From Azolla caroliniana (taxonomy: Eukaryota > Plantae > Polypodiophyta), in the NCBI GenBank assembly GCA_043228905.1, contig JBHGNT010000009.1, positions 17,484,001 to 17,548,000 on the forward strand: a stretch of 64,000 nucleotides of DNA, read 5' to 3'. The first letter of the stretch is position 1, and the number at the start of each line of letters is the position of its first letter. The notes under the pieces were generated by a model, which saw only the letters and a program-made list of their open reading frames with translations, was not told the DNA's origin and searched no databases. A program made the translations under genes and the position numbers. Below are positions 12,518 through 25,106 of this stretch, in pieces.

Positions 12518-15070
12518 ATGGAAAATCAACCGGGGGCTAACAACATGATGGCGATGTTTGAACGGATGCTACAAGAACAATGCGCAATGTCGGAGATTGC
12601 GGCAGTAGTAGAGCGGCTCGTGCAACGGAACAAGCAATTCAACGGGAAAGACGTGTCGCGATATTTGCGAGATTAGAAGGTGGAAAGGCTATGGTGTGGG
12701 ATTTCGGAAGGACTGCAAGTGACATCCTTCAACCGGGTGGCGACCGACAGGCTTCATGGGAGTATCCACAGGATACGGCAACAAAATCTGACATGGGAGG
12801 CATTTGAAGAGGCGCTAAAGACCATGTTCGCCATTGAGGACTCCTCCAAGGCAACGAGGAGGCGATTCGAAGATTGGGTGGAAACACCGGATAAGGGGAT
12901 GAAGGTCCTCGATGTGTTTTGGTCATTCGAAAGTCGGTTCGGGAGGTTGTTTGCGAGAGATCAAGCTATCCTCGCACCGGACAAAGTGATCATGTTCCTA
13001 CGAGTCGTGGACATCCGGGACCAGAAAGTTCTTGGAGTGCTTTTGGAGGACACGACCACTGAGAGTGGCCTCACCGAAACATTGGGAAAGCATGTGGGAT
13101 ATCGTCGCGCAATACACGAAGAGGGGGCAATGGCTTGCTAGCGAAGAAAAGAGGGTTTCAGAACCGATTCCGAAACCGAGATCCGGATTGGAAGACCATC
13201 AACCGAGGGGTCGAGAGACTACGACCGAGAAGGGAATCAATGCAACCACGGTGGAGCAGTTGCTGAAAGAAATGGAGAATCTGAAAATCGTGATGGTAAA
13301 GAAGTCGGATGACCGTCCCACAAGTTCCAAGTATATGGACCGTCGGTGCATATGGTGCGATAGCACCAAACATGATCAGAGGGATTGCGACAAGCATAAG
13401 GAGGCGTTACGACGGGATCTTATCTACTACGAAGGAAATAAGATCCATTCAATGGACTCTCGGAAGCCACTCCGACCGAACTTCCGGAAAGGCAGCATGA
13501 AGAAGGTCCTCGAGGAGGAAATAGCAAGGAAAGGTAATTATGTGACAACCGCGGGAATAAGTGTGGGTGAGTCATCGGGAGCAAAGGCATCATTTTGGTT
13601 GGATGTGCTAGAAAACCCCGAGAAGACCGACTCCAATGAGATCCGAATCACCGCGGAAGGCATCCGTGAAGCTACGGGATGGGAGTGCCCCGTCGATAAG
13701 AATAGCGTGTCCGCCTTATGTCAATTGCATGAACAACAAATGGACTTGAAAAAGGTGTTCGAGGAGAGAATCCTCGATAGCTAGGTAGAATTTTCGCTTT
13801 GGGAATTACTTGGAATAGCGAAGAAGGAGTTCCACGATCTTCTTATGGATCTCATGAAGAGAAAAAGACAAAGTACGGAGGAAAATGCTCCAAGGGTGAA
13901 TGCAAATACCGTTTTAATGAATGGCACTGAATTGGAGGACGAAATTCAAAACTCCCACTACACAAGGCCACATTGGGCACGTGCAACTACGGAGACTCTG
14001 GTCCGAATCGGCAACATCCAAGAGCCCGTGCTAGCATCAATTGATCACGGATCGGAGATCAATTTGATGTCCAAGGAGTTCTACTGGAAGGGGAAGTGGC
14101 CTATAAACACTAACCATGGATGGAAGATCCGGGCAGCCTCTAAAGCAACGGAAGATCTATTTGCGGCTTGTTCGGATGTGACGGTGAAGATTGGGGATGT
14201 CGAGATCGACCAAAATTTCTTCGTACAAGACGAGGTTTCACATTCCGTGATCCTTGGGCAACCTTTTATCACGGCTTGACGAATGGAGACAAAGGTGCTC
14301 GATAGCGGTGCGCCTTTCGCACGAATTCGGAGCCAAAGTGGAGGGAAATCTGTCCAATTCCTAATTGTGCCGGCAAATCATGAAAGGAACAAGAGAGATC
14401 TCTTGTCCCAAACAAGGATGGATTTTTAGAGCGGACTGTTGCGGAGTGGGGAAGTGATAGTCTGAGAAGCCCTAATACCCCACACAAGAAGAAAACTCTT
14501 AGAGCAAAACAAGTACGAATCGGTCTGGATGGGGCATCTACGTACATGGCCGTAACTGGAGGAAAGAAGAAAGGATACCGAAAAGTAGAGGATAAGTTGC
14601 GGTCGGCGTCAATAATAAAAGAAGATGAAGAAATCGTAGGGGTAGTCGAAGAAGTGTTCTATGGGAGCACACTACAACGGCTTGAAGAGCTTGTGGAGGA
14701 TAAAAGCCAAGGAGACCGGGTAGTCCTGGTGGAATCGGTCAAGATGTACAAGATCATTGCGAAAATGGGGCCGAATCTGCTCCGCAAAGAAGAAGCAATG
14801 GTAAGTACGAAATACAAGACCGTGGAGAAGAAAGTGAAACTGGTCGCGGGACTGTTATCCACCGATAGAGAGCAAAAGAGGAAAGAAGTCTCGGGAGATC
14901 CGACACTTCGGAAGTCCGTGGATATCGGACATGCCTTCACCGATGAGACCCAGAAGAAACTTTAGATCGGTGGGGGTGGTTTCCTTTTACAAAATGAAGA
15001 AGAACGATTCCGTGGGATGTTGGAACAACATGGGAAAGCATTTGCATTCACATCGAAGGAAATAGGGTAC
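12518..15070 (+). mobile_element. Ty3/gypsy element, 5' coding part (gag, CCHC knuckle, aspartic protease, start of pol), degenerate
   Basis: FNGKDVSRYL, CIWCDSTKHDQRDC, ASIDHGSEINLM...VILGQPF, TKYKTVEKKVK, FAFTSKEIGY; contains stops and frameshifts. Confidence 0.88.
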
Positions 15071-16169
15071 CGTGCGTTATTTTTCAATCTTTCTTCATAT
15101 GCTTTACAACGAGCATTTTGTTGTGAGATAGTACGATCTTCACTCACAAAGCATTGTGTACCTTTGAGGTATACCCAACTATTTTCAAGTATGATCCGTT
15201 GCTTTGTATCATCTGTCATTGTGCATACAATAGGCCTTTCTCCAGAGCGAGTAACACCATATTTCCCAACTCGGTGTGCCGCATATACATTCACATCTGA
15301 CATCCCATAATGCATGCTAAAAAATTCACCAATGGCCTTTCCAAGGGATGCAGGTGTTTCCATACTCTCTTCTTTAATCCCATGGATGACAATGTTCTTT
15401 GATCGTCGTTCACGTTCTTTCAATTCTCAAACATCTATGCTTTCTATATTCTTCTCTTGATGCATCACATGCATATTAGATGAGTTTGATAGCACATCCC
15501 CACCACATACATCGGCCCATGACTTCGTTGTACATACATTTTTCATGTCACTTACATCCTGCCTCATCGTGTCCAATTTTTCTTCTTTTAATGCTTCCTT
15601 TAACTCAATCTTGTTAAGGCGCTCATTAGTTTATAAAGAAGCTCTTTTACATTCTTGAATCTCTTCTTGAAGTTTTGCAACCACTTGTTTAAGACTTTCA
15701 TTCTCAATGACAACACTTTGGAGCTTAGCATTCTCTTTCATTAACGTCCTAATCTCTTCACCTTGCTTGTTTATGGTTTCTTGAAGAGAAATCAAGTGAC
15801 TCATAAGCATTTTGTCCATTGCATTAGAATCGAGATTTGTTGGTGATCTCAGCTCATTATCAATCATACCCCCGAACTTTGCGGCGGTTTTACGAGTATT
15901 TGCCATTGTAGGGACAAACCCTACGGGAAGAGAGAGACAGAGAGGGAAGGAGAGAGAATGTACCTTTCACTCGATTTAGGGCTTCAAAATCTACCTTCCG
16001 TTTGAGGAACCGTGGGGCAAAGCTGGTTGCGGATGAAAATGCTCATAATTTCTCGCCACGGTAACGGAATTCAGTAAATGAACATTCTTTAGAAAGCTCT
16101 CTCAAAGAACTTTCCAACGAGCTATCGAATGTAGAAAACGGTGGCCGGAATGAACTTACAAAGAGCTTT

Positions 16170-16172
<3 letters not shown>
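15071..16172 (-). mobile_element. LINE 5' UTR and ORF1 (coiled coil plus RRM/Transposase_22-like), degenerate
   Basis: ATG at 15906; heptad-rich MANTRK...LQEEIQE; RERRSKNIVIHGIKE...AAHRVGK...RPIVC...LKGTQCFVSEDRT. The 5' end abuts (GA)n at about 16173-16230. Confidence 0.8.
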
Positions 16173-16234
<62 letters not shown>

Positions 16235-16504
16235 ATGATAACAGATGATATATTATGTGAAGAATAAGTACAAATAGCTATGAGGCTTAAGACTGGTGTT
16301 GAACCAATTTGGTTCGAAATAATGCCTTGTGCCTCTTTTAATAGTGTTCTCAGGAATAGTCCTGAAGCTTCTAGGAATACAATAATTTTCTATAGTAAAA
16401 CTTAAATGAAAATAATGAAAATAAGCTTCTAGATAATGTAATGGTCCAGAGCTCAACCCATATAACATAAGGTTATGGGTTCGAGTCTTTTCATATCATG
16501 ACAT

Positions 16505-16614
16505 TTTCGGTTCTCTTCTGTCTGAGCATTACCTTGCTCATTTTCTTTGCACCCGAACACATATTTGTGAGCATAACCGGTTGTGGCCAGTCATGATCCT
16601 AACAACACGCCTGT
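16505..16614 (+). repeat. LTR 3'-end fragment (same family as the LTR at 42215-43623)
   Basis: Reverse complement of 42215-42320; ends ...GATCCTAACA. Confidence 0.7.
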
Positions 16615-17648
16615 GGGACAATGCATTGCACATCGAACCAACAAAGCCTACGAAAAAACTCATTGACCAAAACTCCAGTGCTCTTCTCTTCTTTTATCGG
16701 TCGGAAACCCTTGACCGGATCACTGCTCAACGATCGATAACTTCAACCAGAGCTTGCTGGACACGAACCTTCTCGTTCGGTCAGTACATCACACGATTGG
16801 ATCATACACCAATCCGTTCGTCTACTATGGTAAAGTCGTTTAGGTTTAAAAATGATTGTGGGTGTATGCATATAGATATTATATTTTTCTTGATTAGTTT
16901 GAGTGGTGTTGGGTTTTTGTACTATTGTGTTTCTGAAATTCTATGTCGTACCCCTCACTTTTTAAAATTTTATTAGCTACGCTTATGTTTTTGAAATTTC
17001 TTTGACTGCCCTCAAGTTTTTGAAATTTTCCACCATGCCCTCAATCTTTTGAAAATTTCCTCTTTTGCCTGACATTTCTCTCTCTTCCCCTTTCTTTTTC
17101 TCTCTTGCTTTCCTCTTGTCTTGTTCTTTGTGTTTGTACTGTCTCTTGGTTTTCTTCTCCTAACGGGTTCTCTGTTTTCTGGTCGTCTTGCTCTCCTTCT
17201 TTCTCCGTTTGATTTATTTATTTCTTGGTTTTCTTCTTCTTTACCTCATATATTGAGTGGAGAACTATTGTTTTCATCCATATTTCCGCTTGTTTTCTGT
17301 CTATGGTCTCTCGACCGGCGTGTAGATGGCTCTGGGCCACGTCTCTCCACCGTCTCGTGGCAGTCACTCAACCGTCACTGTCTATATGGAGGAGCGGGGA
17401 AACCCTAAAAAATGGAAGTGTGTGGAGGGAAAGCAATGAGAAGGAGAAGTAATGGTGGTGATAGGAGAGGAAGAGTTGTGTATTAAGCTGTGTGGTGAAG
17501 ACCTCTAGACTTGCAATGGTGTTTCTGATATGAGGAGGAGATATTCGTAGTGGTGGTAGTGGTTCTCTGCAGCGATATTTCTTAATGTTTCAGGGTAGCT
17601 ACCATGGAGAGATCCAGGGAGAGTGGGAAAAGGGAAGGCCATGGCTAG

Positions 17649-17690
<42 letters not shown>

Positions 17691-17726
17691 CTTCTCAAGA
17701 GAGGTCAGCTATTCGGGCGTGCCAAG

Positions 17727-18264
17727 TGTTGATGGGTGGGGGGTGGAGCCAATCTCCCAAGGGGGTTCGAATGTGAATCTTGGCTCCACCCCCCTCCCAA
17801 GGGGGTTCTAATGTGAGAAGGAATCGAGAGAGAGAGGGAATCAAGATAGACACAAGTTGAGGGTAACTTTGACTATATTTCCTTCTTTTTTCATGCCCCA
17901 TGGGTGAGGGTGTATATAGTACAAGATCGAGATGGTACAAAATGTCGAATTGGGGGTAGATACACCTACTGTTGAGAATCAAGCTCAACTTGGTCTAGTG
18001 TGTGAACTCACCTTGAGAGTGAAGAGACACTCAAATGGTCAAGAGTCACCATTATGTCCCCACTTTGTATTCTAGCATTTAGTATGAGTCATAGAATCAT
18101 ATTCTATGACACATAACTTATGAGCTTTCACATTCCCCATGCTCCATGAGGCTTGTACTTAATGAAGAGAGAGGGTGACTACATAAAGCACCCTCCTCCC
18201 ACCTTGTATAATGTTGAGTCTTTCTCCTTTGTCAATATACTTTTACCTTGCGTATTCTTTGTGT

Positions 18265-18320
<56 letters not shown>

Positions 18321-21300
18321 CACACACACATAACTCACATCTCTTCCGCTTCACAAGAATCCATCTCTTGATTCTTTACATGTTATCAGAGCGATTTGGT
18401 AGCTCGATCTAGCCCATTCGCCTCATCTTGATCGTGTGTTGTGCTCTACGCCGACGACCAAGAACCGGCTCATAGCTATTGTAGCTTCGCTACATATCTC
18501 GCATTCGAAGAGAGAAGAAGAAGAAGAAGAATCGACATAATGAATACTCAAATGGGGAGTGCTCTCCCTACCGGGAAGTTGGATCGAAACAACTTCGCAT
18601 CTTGGGAGTACAAGATGCACCAATACCTTGCCGGACAAGGCTATTGGAGCTACATCAAAGGAGCGCATGAAGACCAACCCGCCGAAGCGGCTCCCGGATA
18701 TGTGACATGGGAGCAAGCCGCAAGCCGCGTGATGTATTGTTTGGCGACATGTGTTCACGACCACATGCTCGGTTACATTCAAGAAGCCAAGACGTCGAAG
18801 GAAGCGTGGGGAAACCTACGAAAGATTTTTGCTGCCAACACGACCGCGAGGAAGCTTCAACTCCGCCAAGAGTTGAACAACATTCAACAAAGGGACATGT
18901 CCATCACGACATATACCTTGAAGATCAAGGAGCTTTGCGACTCGCTCGGCTCAATAAGCATAAGTATAGATGATGATGAGATGGTGCAAATATGCCTCGG
19001 CGGCCTCGCACCACGGTTCGGCGCAATGCGAACCGCCGTTCTAGCACGGGAGAAATCTCCCTCCTTCTTTGAGCTCCAATCAATGCTATTGGTCGAAGAA
19101 AACCATGTGCGTACAAGGAGCAATGAGTTGGAAGGCCACATGCTCTACACGCACTCTAATGGAGGAAGAGGACGCGGACGAGCAAGAGGCCGATTCGGCC
19201 AAGGACAAGGCGGACGATGTCCGACCTACGACAACAACTCCCAATTTCGGCCACAAAATGGAGGCCAACAAGGAAATCGAAAGGAGCTTCCACTCCGGCC
19301 CGAGCCGTCAAAACGCAACCGAATGCGGATATTGCGGAAATCTTGGCCACCACGAAGAAGAGTGCCGAAAGAAGATGCATGAATCGGCTTCCACAAGCCG
19401 ACAACTCATGAATTACGCACACAACTCCGACTACGAAGATCGTGGCGGAATGTATGCACACAACTCCGACCGTGGCGAAATGTACGGGCACAACTCCGAC
19501 TACGAAGATCATGGCGGAATGTATGCGCACAACTCTGACCGTGGCGGAATGTTCATGATGAAACATAGAGCAAACTCTATGTCGGCCGCTACCTCAACTA
19601 GTGCTTCCGGTCCGGAAGACATATGGTTCGTCGATTCTGGTGCATTGAACCATATGACATCGCATCAAGAATGGTTCCGAGAACTTCAAGAGCCGGACCG
19701 ACCCGGCTATGTCGAAACCTGAGACGACACTACGCACCCAATTCGGCACATTGGCAATGTTCCGTTCGAAAAAGAAGGTAAGAAAAAGTACATTAAAAAT
19801 GTCTTGCATGTACCGACCATTACGAAGAATTTGGTCTCCGTCAGCCAAATTGTAGAGCAAGGGATGCAAGTTCAATTTAATCAAGGCAAGTGCTTCATCG
19901 AAAAAGAGGGCCGACTCATCGCACGCGGACGAAGAGAGGGCCGGATGTTCATTCGCGATTCACGCGAGATGAAATCCGCCATGTTCATGAAAAACACGAA
20001 AGCCGACTCCGACATAGAGCTATGGCACAAGCGAATCGGCCACATCAATCTCAACAAACTCAAAGCAATGAAATCGAAAGGAGTCGTCATGGGACTCCCG
20101 ACATTCAAAGAGAAGGAGATTGAAGGTGTATGCGAAGCGTGCCAATTCGGCAAGCAACACCGACACCCATTCCCGAAAGAGCGGAACGTGAGCAAAGGTC
20201 TACTCGACGTAGTCCATTCTAACGTATGGGGACCAGCGCAGACGGCTACATTCGGCGGATGCCGATATTATGTGCTCTTTATCGACAACTTCTCTAGGCA
20301 CACTTGGATCTACCCGATGCGGCAAAAGAGCGAAGTGTTCGGACACTTCCAAATTTCAAAAATGAAGTCGAGAAAGCCACGGGCCGACATGTACGATGCC
20401 TTCAATCGAATGGCGGCAAGGAGTACTTCTCGGATGATTTCACGACGTATCTCCGAAAGGAAGGAATTCGGCGAGAATTCACTTGCCGACACACTCCGCA
20501 ACAAAACGGAGTAGCTGAGCGCAAAAATCGGCACATCCTCGAAGTAGCGCGGGCCATGATGAACGAGAAGCATATGCCCAAGTCATATTGGGCCGAAGCT
20601 GCAAATACGGCCGTCTACCTAATGAACCGGTGCACAACATCCGACGTGCACGAGGTCACTCCACACGAAAAATACTTCGGAAAGAAGCCGGACTTATCGC
20701 ACATCCGGATATTCGGCGCGATAGCGTACGTGCACATCCCCGACGAGAAACGCCAAAAGCTTGATCCGAAGTCGGAGAAAGGTATCCTCGTAGGATACTC
20801 ACTGGAGCAAAAGGGGTACAAGTGCTACAACCCCTCAACTCGAAAATCTTGAATAAGTCGAGACGTCGTTTTTGATGAGTCCGTATCCTGGTACGCACCA
20901 GAGACAACTCCGACTCCATCTCCGCTCGACTAGGAATCCGCAGAACAAGAGATAGAGGATGAGGATCGCCTTACGCACATGCTCGAAGAGAGTCCGATCA
21001 CGACCCGACTGAGCGGACCACAAGATCCTTTGAGCGATCAAAGCACATCACGGCCTAGCCCGAAGATGGACAAGGGCAAGATGAAAATGGCGGAATATGC
21101 AGATGATCGTTTCGACGATGATGAGTCGACTCACTCACTTGACAGTGAGTTCGGCGGCTTCGATGTACCAATCGGAGCTAAGAAAGCCCTCATCTCAGCA
21201 AATGAAAAGCTCTGTCGCTCCACCCGTGAAAAGAACCTCGTAAGCCGATTCGGCTACAACGATTATATGGCATACCATTATGCCTTTATGATGAAGGTAG

Positions 21301-23646
21301 CGACAGTACGGGAGCCGGAAACCTTTTCGGAAGCCGCGATGGATCGAAGCAATGAACGAGGAGATGCAGGCACTTCAAAAGAACGAGACGTGGGATCTCA
21401 TTTCCACCTTACCACACAAAAAGGCGATCGGATGCAGATGGATCTACAAGGTGAAGTATAACGCCGATGGCTCCGTAAACCGCTACAAAGCTCGACTCGT
21501 AGCGAAAGGATACGCTCAGACACATGGCGTCGACTACGAAGAGACCTTTGCCCCGGTGGCAAAGATGACGACGGTGCGGACCGTAATTGCGATTGCCGCG
21601 GCGAAAGGGTGGCACCTCCATCAAATGGACGTCAGGAACTCCTTTCTACAAGGCGAATTAGAAGAGGTGTACATGATCTAACCACCCGGCTTCAACTCGA
21701 GCACTCATCCAAAAGCCGTATGCTAACTCAAGAAGCCACTCTACGGCCTCAAGCAAGCACCGCGTGCTTGGCATTCGAAGATAATGCAATATCTTCATCA
21801 AATCGGCTTCCGTATGTTAAAATCGGACAACTCCCTCTACATACGAAGCGATTCCGGAACTCCGATCATCATCATCTTATATGTGGATGACCTAGTCATT
21901 GGAGGTGAGCATCTCGACGAAATCACTAAGGTCAAATCCCTCCTTTCCGACAAGTTCGAGATGACGGACATGAAGGAGCTCCAGTACTTCCTCGGCATCG
22001 AGGTAATTCGGACTCCGGCCGGAATCATGATCTCTCAACGGCACTACATCCTCAACTTGTTATACAAGTTCGGGATGGCTGAGTGCAAATCTGTGGCAAC
22101 CCCGCTCGATCGTAATCTCAAACTAGATGCGAACTCCGGCACCAAAGCGTGTGAGCCGACTCAGTATCAGCAACTCATCGGGAGTCTGATCTACCTCACG
22201 ATCACACAACCCGATCTCAGTTATCCGGTCGATCTCCTTACCCAATTCATGCAAACACCATGTGATACTCACTTGGATTGCGCTAAGCGAGTTCTATGAT
22301 ACGTGAGCAGCACAATGGATTGCGGCATCCTCTACAAGACCGCGATGCCAATACGACTCGAGGGGTACACAGACGCCGATTGGGCCAGCTACAAAGCTGA
22401 TAGAAGATCAACCTCCGGATTTGTTTTCTCCCTCGGCAGCGGAGCAATATCCTGGAGTAGCAAGAAGCAACCCACCGTTGCTCTTTCGAGTACGGAGGCG
22501 GAATACAGGGGCACAGCCGTAGCTGCGTGTGAAGCCGTATGGCTCAAGAGGATTTTGAAGGATCTGGGCGTACCCATCAAGGATCCGACTTCCCTTTACT
22601 GCGACAACATGAGCAGTATCTATCTGGCTCAAAACCCGGTGTTCCACGCGCGGACAAAGCACATCGAAGTGCACTATCACTTCATCTGAGAGCGTGTTCT
22701 GGCTGGTGATGTCGACCTACAACACATTAGCACCAATCTTCAAACGGCCGACATCTTCATTAAAGCCATAGGAACCGACAAGCTATGGCAATTCATGACC
22801 GATCTCGGATTGACGATCCCTGACCTGCCAAGCTTGAGGGGGAGTACTGAAGACACTACGCAATAACGCGTGGATTTCGCAACCACGCAACGAAGAAGCG
22901 AAGAGCCGATCTACCGTGCAAAGCCGCGAAGAAAGACGCAAGCCGAAGCACAGACTTCGCAACTACGCACGCAAGCCGAAGCACAAACTTCGCACAACGC
23001 AAGCTGGAGCACAGATTCCGCAACTCCACATAAAGCGAGTCGACGCGAGTAGACGCGGACTCCGGAACGCGAGTTGAAGCGGATTTCGGATACCGTATGA
23101 AACCGACCCAACTTGAGCTTGAGGGGGCGTGTTGAGAATCAAGCTCAACTTGGTCTAGTGTGTGAACTCACCTTGAGAGTGAAGAGACACTCAAACGGTC
23201 AAGAGTCACCATTATGTCCCCACTTTGTATTCTAGCATTTAGTATAAGTCATAGAATCATATTCTATGACACATAACTTATGAGCTTTCACATTCCCCAT
23301 GCTCCATGAGGCTTGTACTTAATGAAGAGAGAGGGTGACTACATAAAGCACCATCCTCCCACCTTGTATAATGTTGAGTCTTTCTCCTTTGTCAATATAC
23401 TTTTACCTTGCGTATTCTCTGTGTTTCACTCACTCTCTCTCTCTCTCTCTTACACACACACATAACTCACATCTCTTCCGCTTCAAAAGAATCCATCTCT
23501 TGATTCTTTACACCTACTAACCCCACTCTTGTACACATGCACCCAAAAAGCCAAATGTGCATACACATAGACTCTTCCTCACACATTACACATTGCACCT
23601 TACACATTTACACCATTAATCCTCCTGTACACCTATACAGGTAACA
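17727..23646. repeat. LTR-like repeat split by copia C (pieces 17727-17969 and 23513-23646)
   Basis: TG...CA ends; an uninterrupted reverse-complement homologue lies at 43633-43997. Confidence 0.65.
17970..23512 (+). mobile_element. Full-length Ty1/copia element C (non-seed-plant, Bryco/Lyco-like lineage), several frameshifts and stops
   Basis: LTRs 17970-18380 and 23130-23512; TSD CCTAC; PBS TGTTATCAGAGC; PPT TTGAGGGGGCG; domain order gag-PR-INT-RT(YVDD)-RNaseH. Confidence 0.96.
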
Positions 23647-23965
23647 TGTATTAACAAGGAAACTAACAACCAACAAGTTACAAAGACGAGGAGAAGGTGT
23701 TTATGTAGTCACTTTCTCTCTATGTTCTTTCACTACAACCACTACTTGGAAAAGAGGTGGAGACATAACTACCTACTAAATATGTGTCATAGGACTTAAC
23801 TACTATGACATTTAGTTTATGATAGAAGGAAGTGGGATGTTCACACACTTGGGTATGTGTCATAGGACTTAACTTCTATGACACTTAGTTTATGATACAA
23901 GGAGGTAGGATGTTCACACATTTGGGTATTCCTAAGGTGCGTTCCCACACCCTTCAAACACAACT
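23647..23965 (-). repeat. Diverged copia LTR remnant with an internal ~73-bp tandem duplication
   Basis: Shares GTGTCATAG..CTATGAC and TGTTCACACAC motifs with the LTRs of elements A, B and C; the unit repeats at about 23781-23853 and 23854-23926. Confidence 0.55.
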
Positions 23966-24070
23966 TCTAGTCGGGATAATTGGTTCGCTTTGGTCGTTGG
24001 CTTTGGCTTTGGCTGTGGATAGTTGGCTCGTACTACTTTGTTCGACATCGTGTAGGAGCGCATTCCTTAA

Positions 24071-25072
24071 TGTTGAGAATCAAACTCAACACACCCTAGT
24101 GTGTGAACAGCCTAACACCTATTGTAGTAACTAGTGTGTCATAGAATCCTATAGTTCTATGACACATATTCAATGTAGTTAAGTCTCCACCTCCCTTTAG
24201 TTAAGAGGTGGTTGTAGAAGAGAATATAGAGACAAGGTGACTATATAAGCACCTTCCCACCTCATTTGTGTTGTTGGTCATTCTTGTAATTTTTTCTTTG
24301 ATAATATAGCCTTTACTTGTTTCTGTATATACGTCAAGATCTCTCTCACACACATATATCTTCGGCTGCACATAATAACTCTCATTTCTTTAGATGGTAT
24401 CAGAGTGATTGGTAGTCTAATCCAAGCCTATTCACATGTGTTGTGTTAAAGCCTACGTTCATGAAGAACTGATCGATTATTGTAGCAGCCTCTACACAAT
24501 CCATATCACAGAGAAGAGTCAACATTAGCACCCAGATGGGAAGCGCCCTTCCTACAGAAAAGCTCGAAAGAAACAACTTTGCATCTTGGGAGTACAAGAT
24601 GCACCAATACCTTGCTAGCCAAGGCTATTGGGGCTACATTGAAGGAGCACAAGAAACACAACCCAACCCAACACACATTGACAACCCAGCCTAGGAGCAT
24701 GCTGCAAGCTATGTGTTGTACTGCCTTGTGTCGTGCGTACATGACCACATACTCGACTACATTTGAGAGGAAAAAACGCCGAAGGAGGCGTGGGGGAACC
24801 TCTAGAAAATCTTCGCGGCCAATACGATTGCTTGCAAACTTCAACTCCGGTAGGAGTTGAACAATATTCAACAAAGGGACTTGTCAATCGGTAACTACAC
24901 CTTGAAATCAAGGAGTTGTGCGACGCCCTCAGATCAATCAATGTCAACATTGACGACAATGAAATGGTGTAGATATGCCTTGGATGCTTGGCATCTCCCT
25001 CCTTCGATCTTCAGTCAATGTTACTAGTCGAGGAGAATCACGTCCGAGCGAGGAGAAATGTGCAAGAGGGAC
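24071..25072 (+). mobile_element. Ty1/copia element A, 5' part (LTR 24071-24394, PBS, gag)
   Basis: TGTTGAGAATCAAACTCAAC start; PBS TGGTATCAGAG at 24395; gag KLERNNFASWEYKMHQYL...LQSMLLVEENHV, which continues on the minus strand at 10879. Confidence 0.88.
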
Positions 25073-25102
25073 CAAGGTTGTTAGGTACGGTATAGATACC
25101 AT
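25073..25102. mobile_element. hAT-type MITE copy 1, displaced terminal 30 bp
   Basis: CAAGGTTGTTAGGTACGG... is the reverse complement of the MITE copy 2 end (43189-43218) and is flanked by TSD AGAGGGAC. Confidence 0.8.
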
Positions 25103-25106
25103 ACGT

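Noticed and set aside
17121-17408. Hydrophobic 95-aa ORF (also 11083-11280 and 42469-42809)
   Set aside because: Derived from CT-rich or GAA-rich low-complexity sequence or the MITE interior; no splice or homology support.
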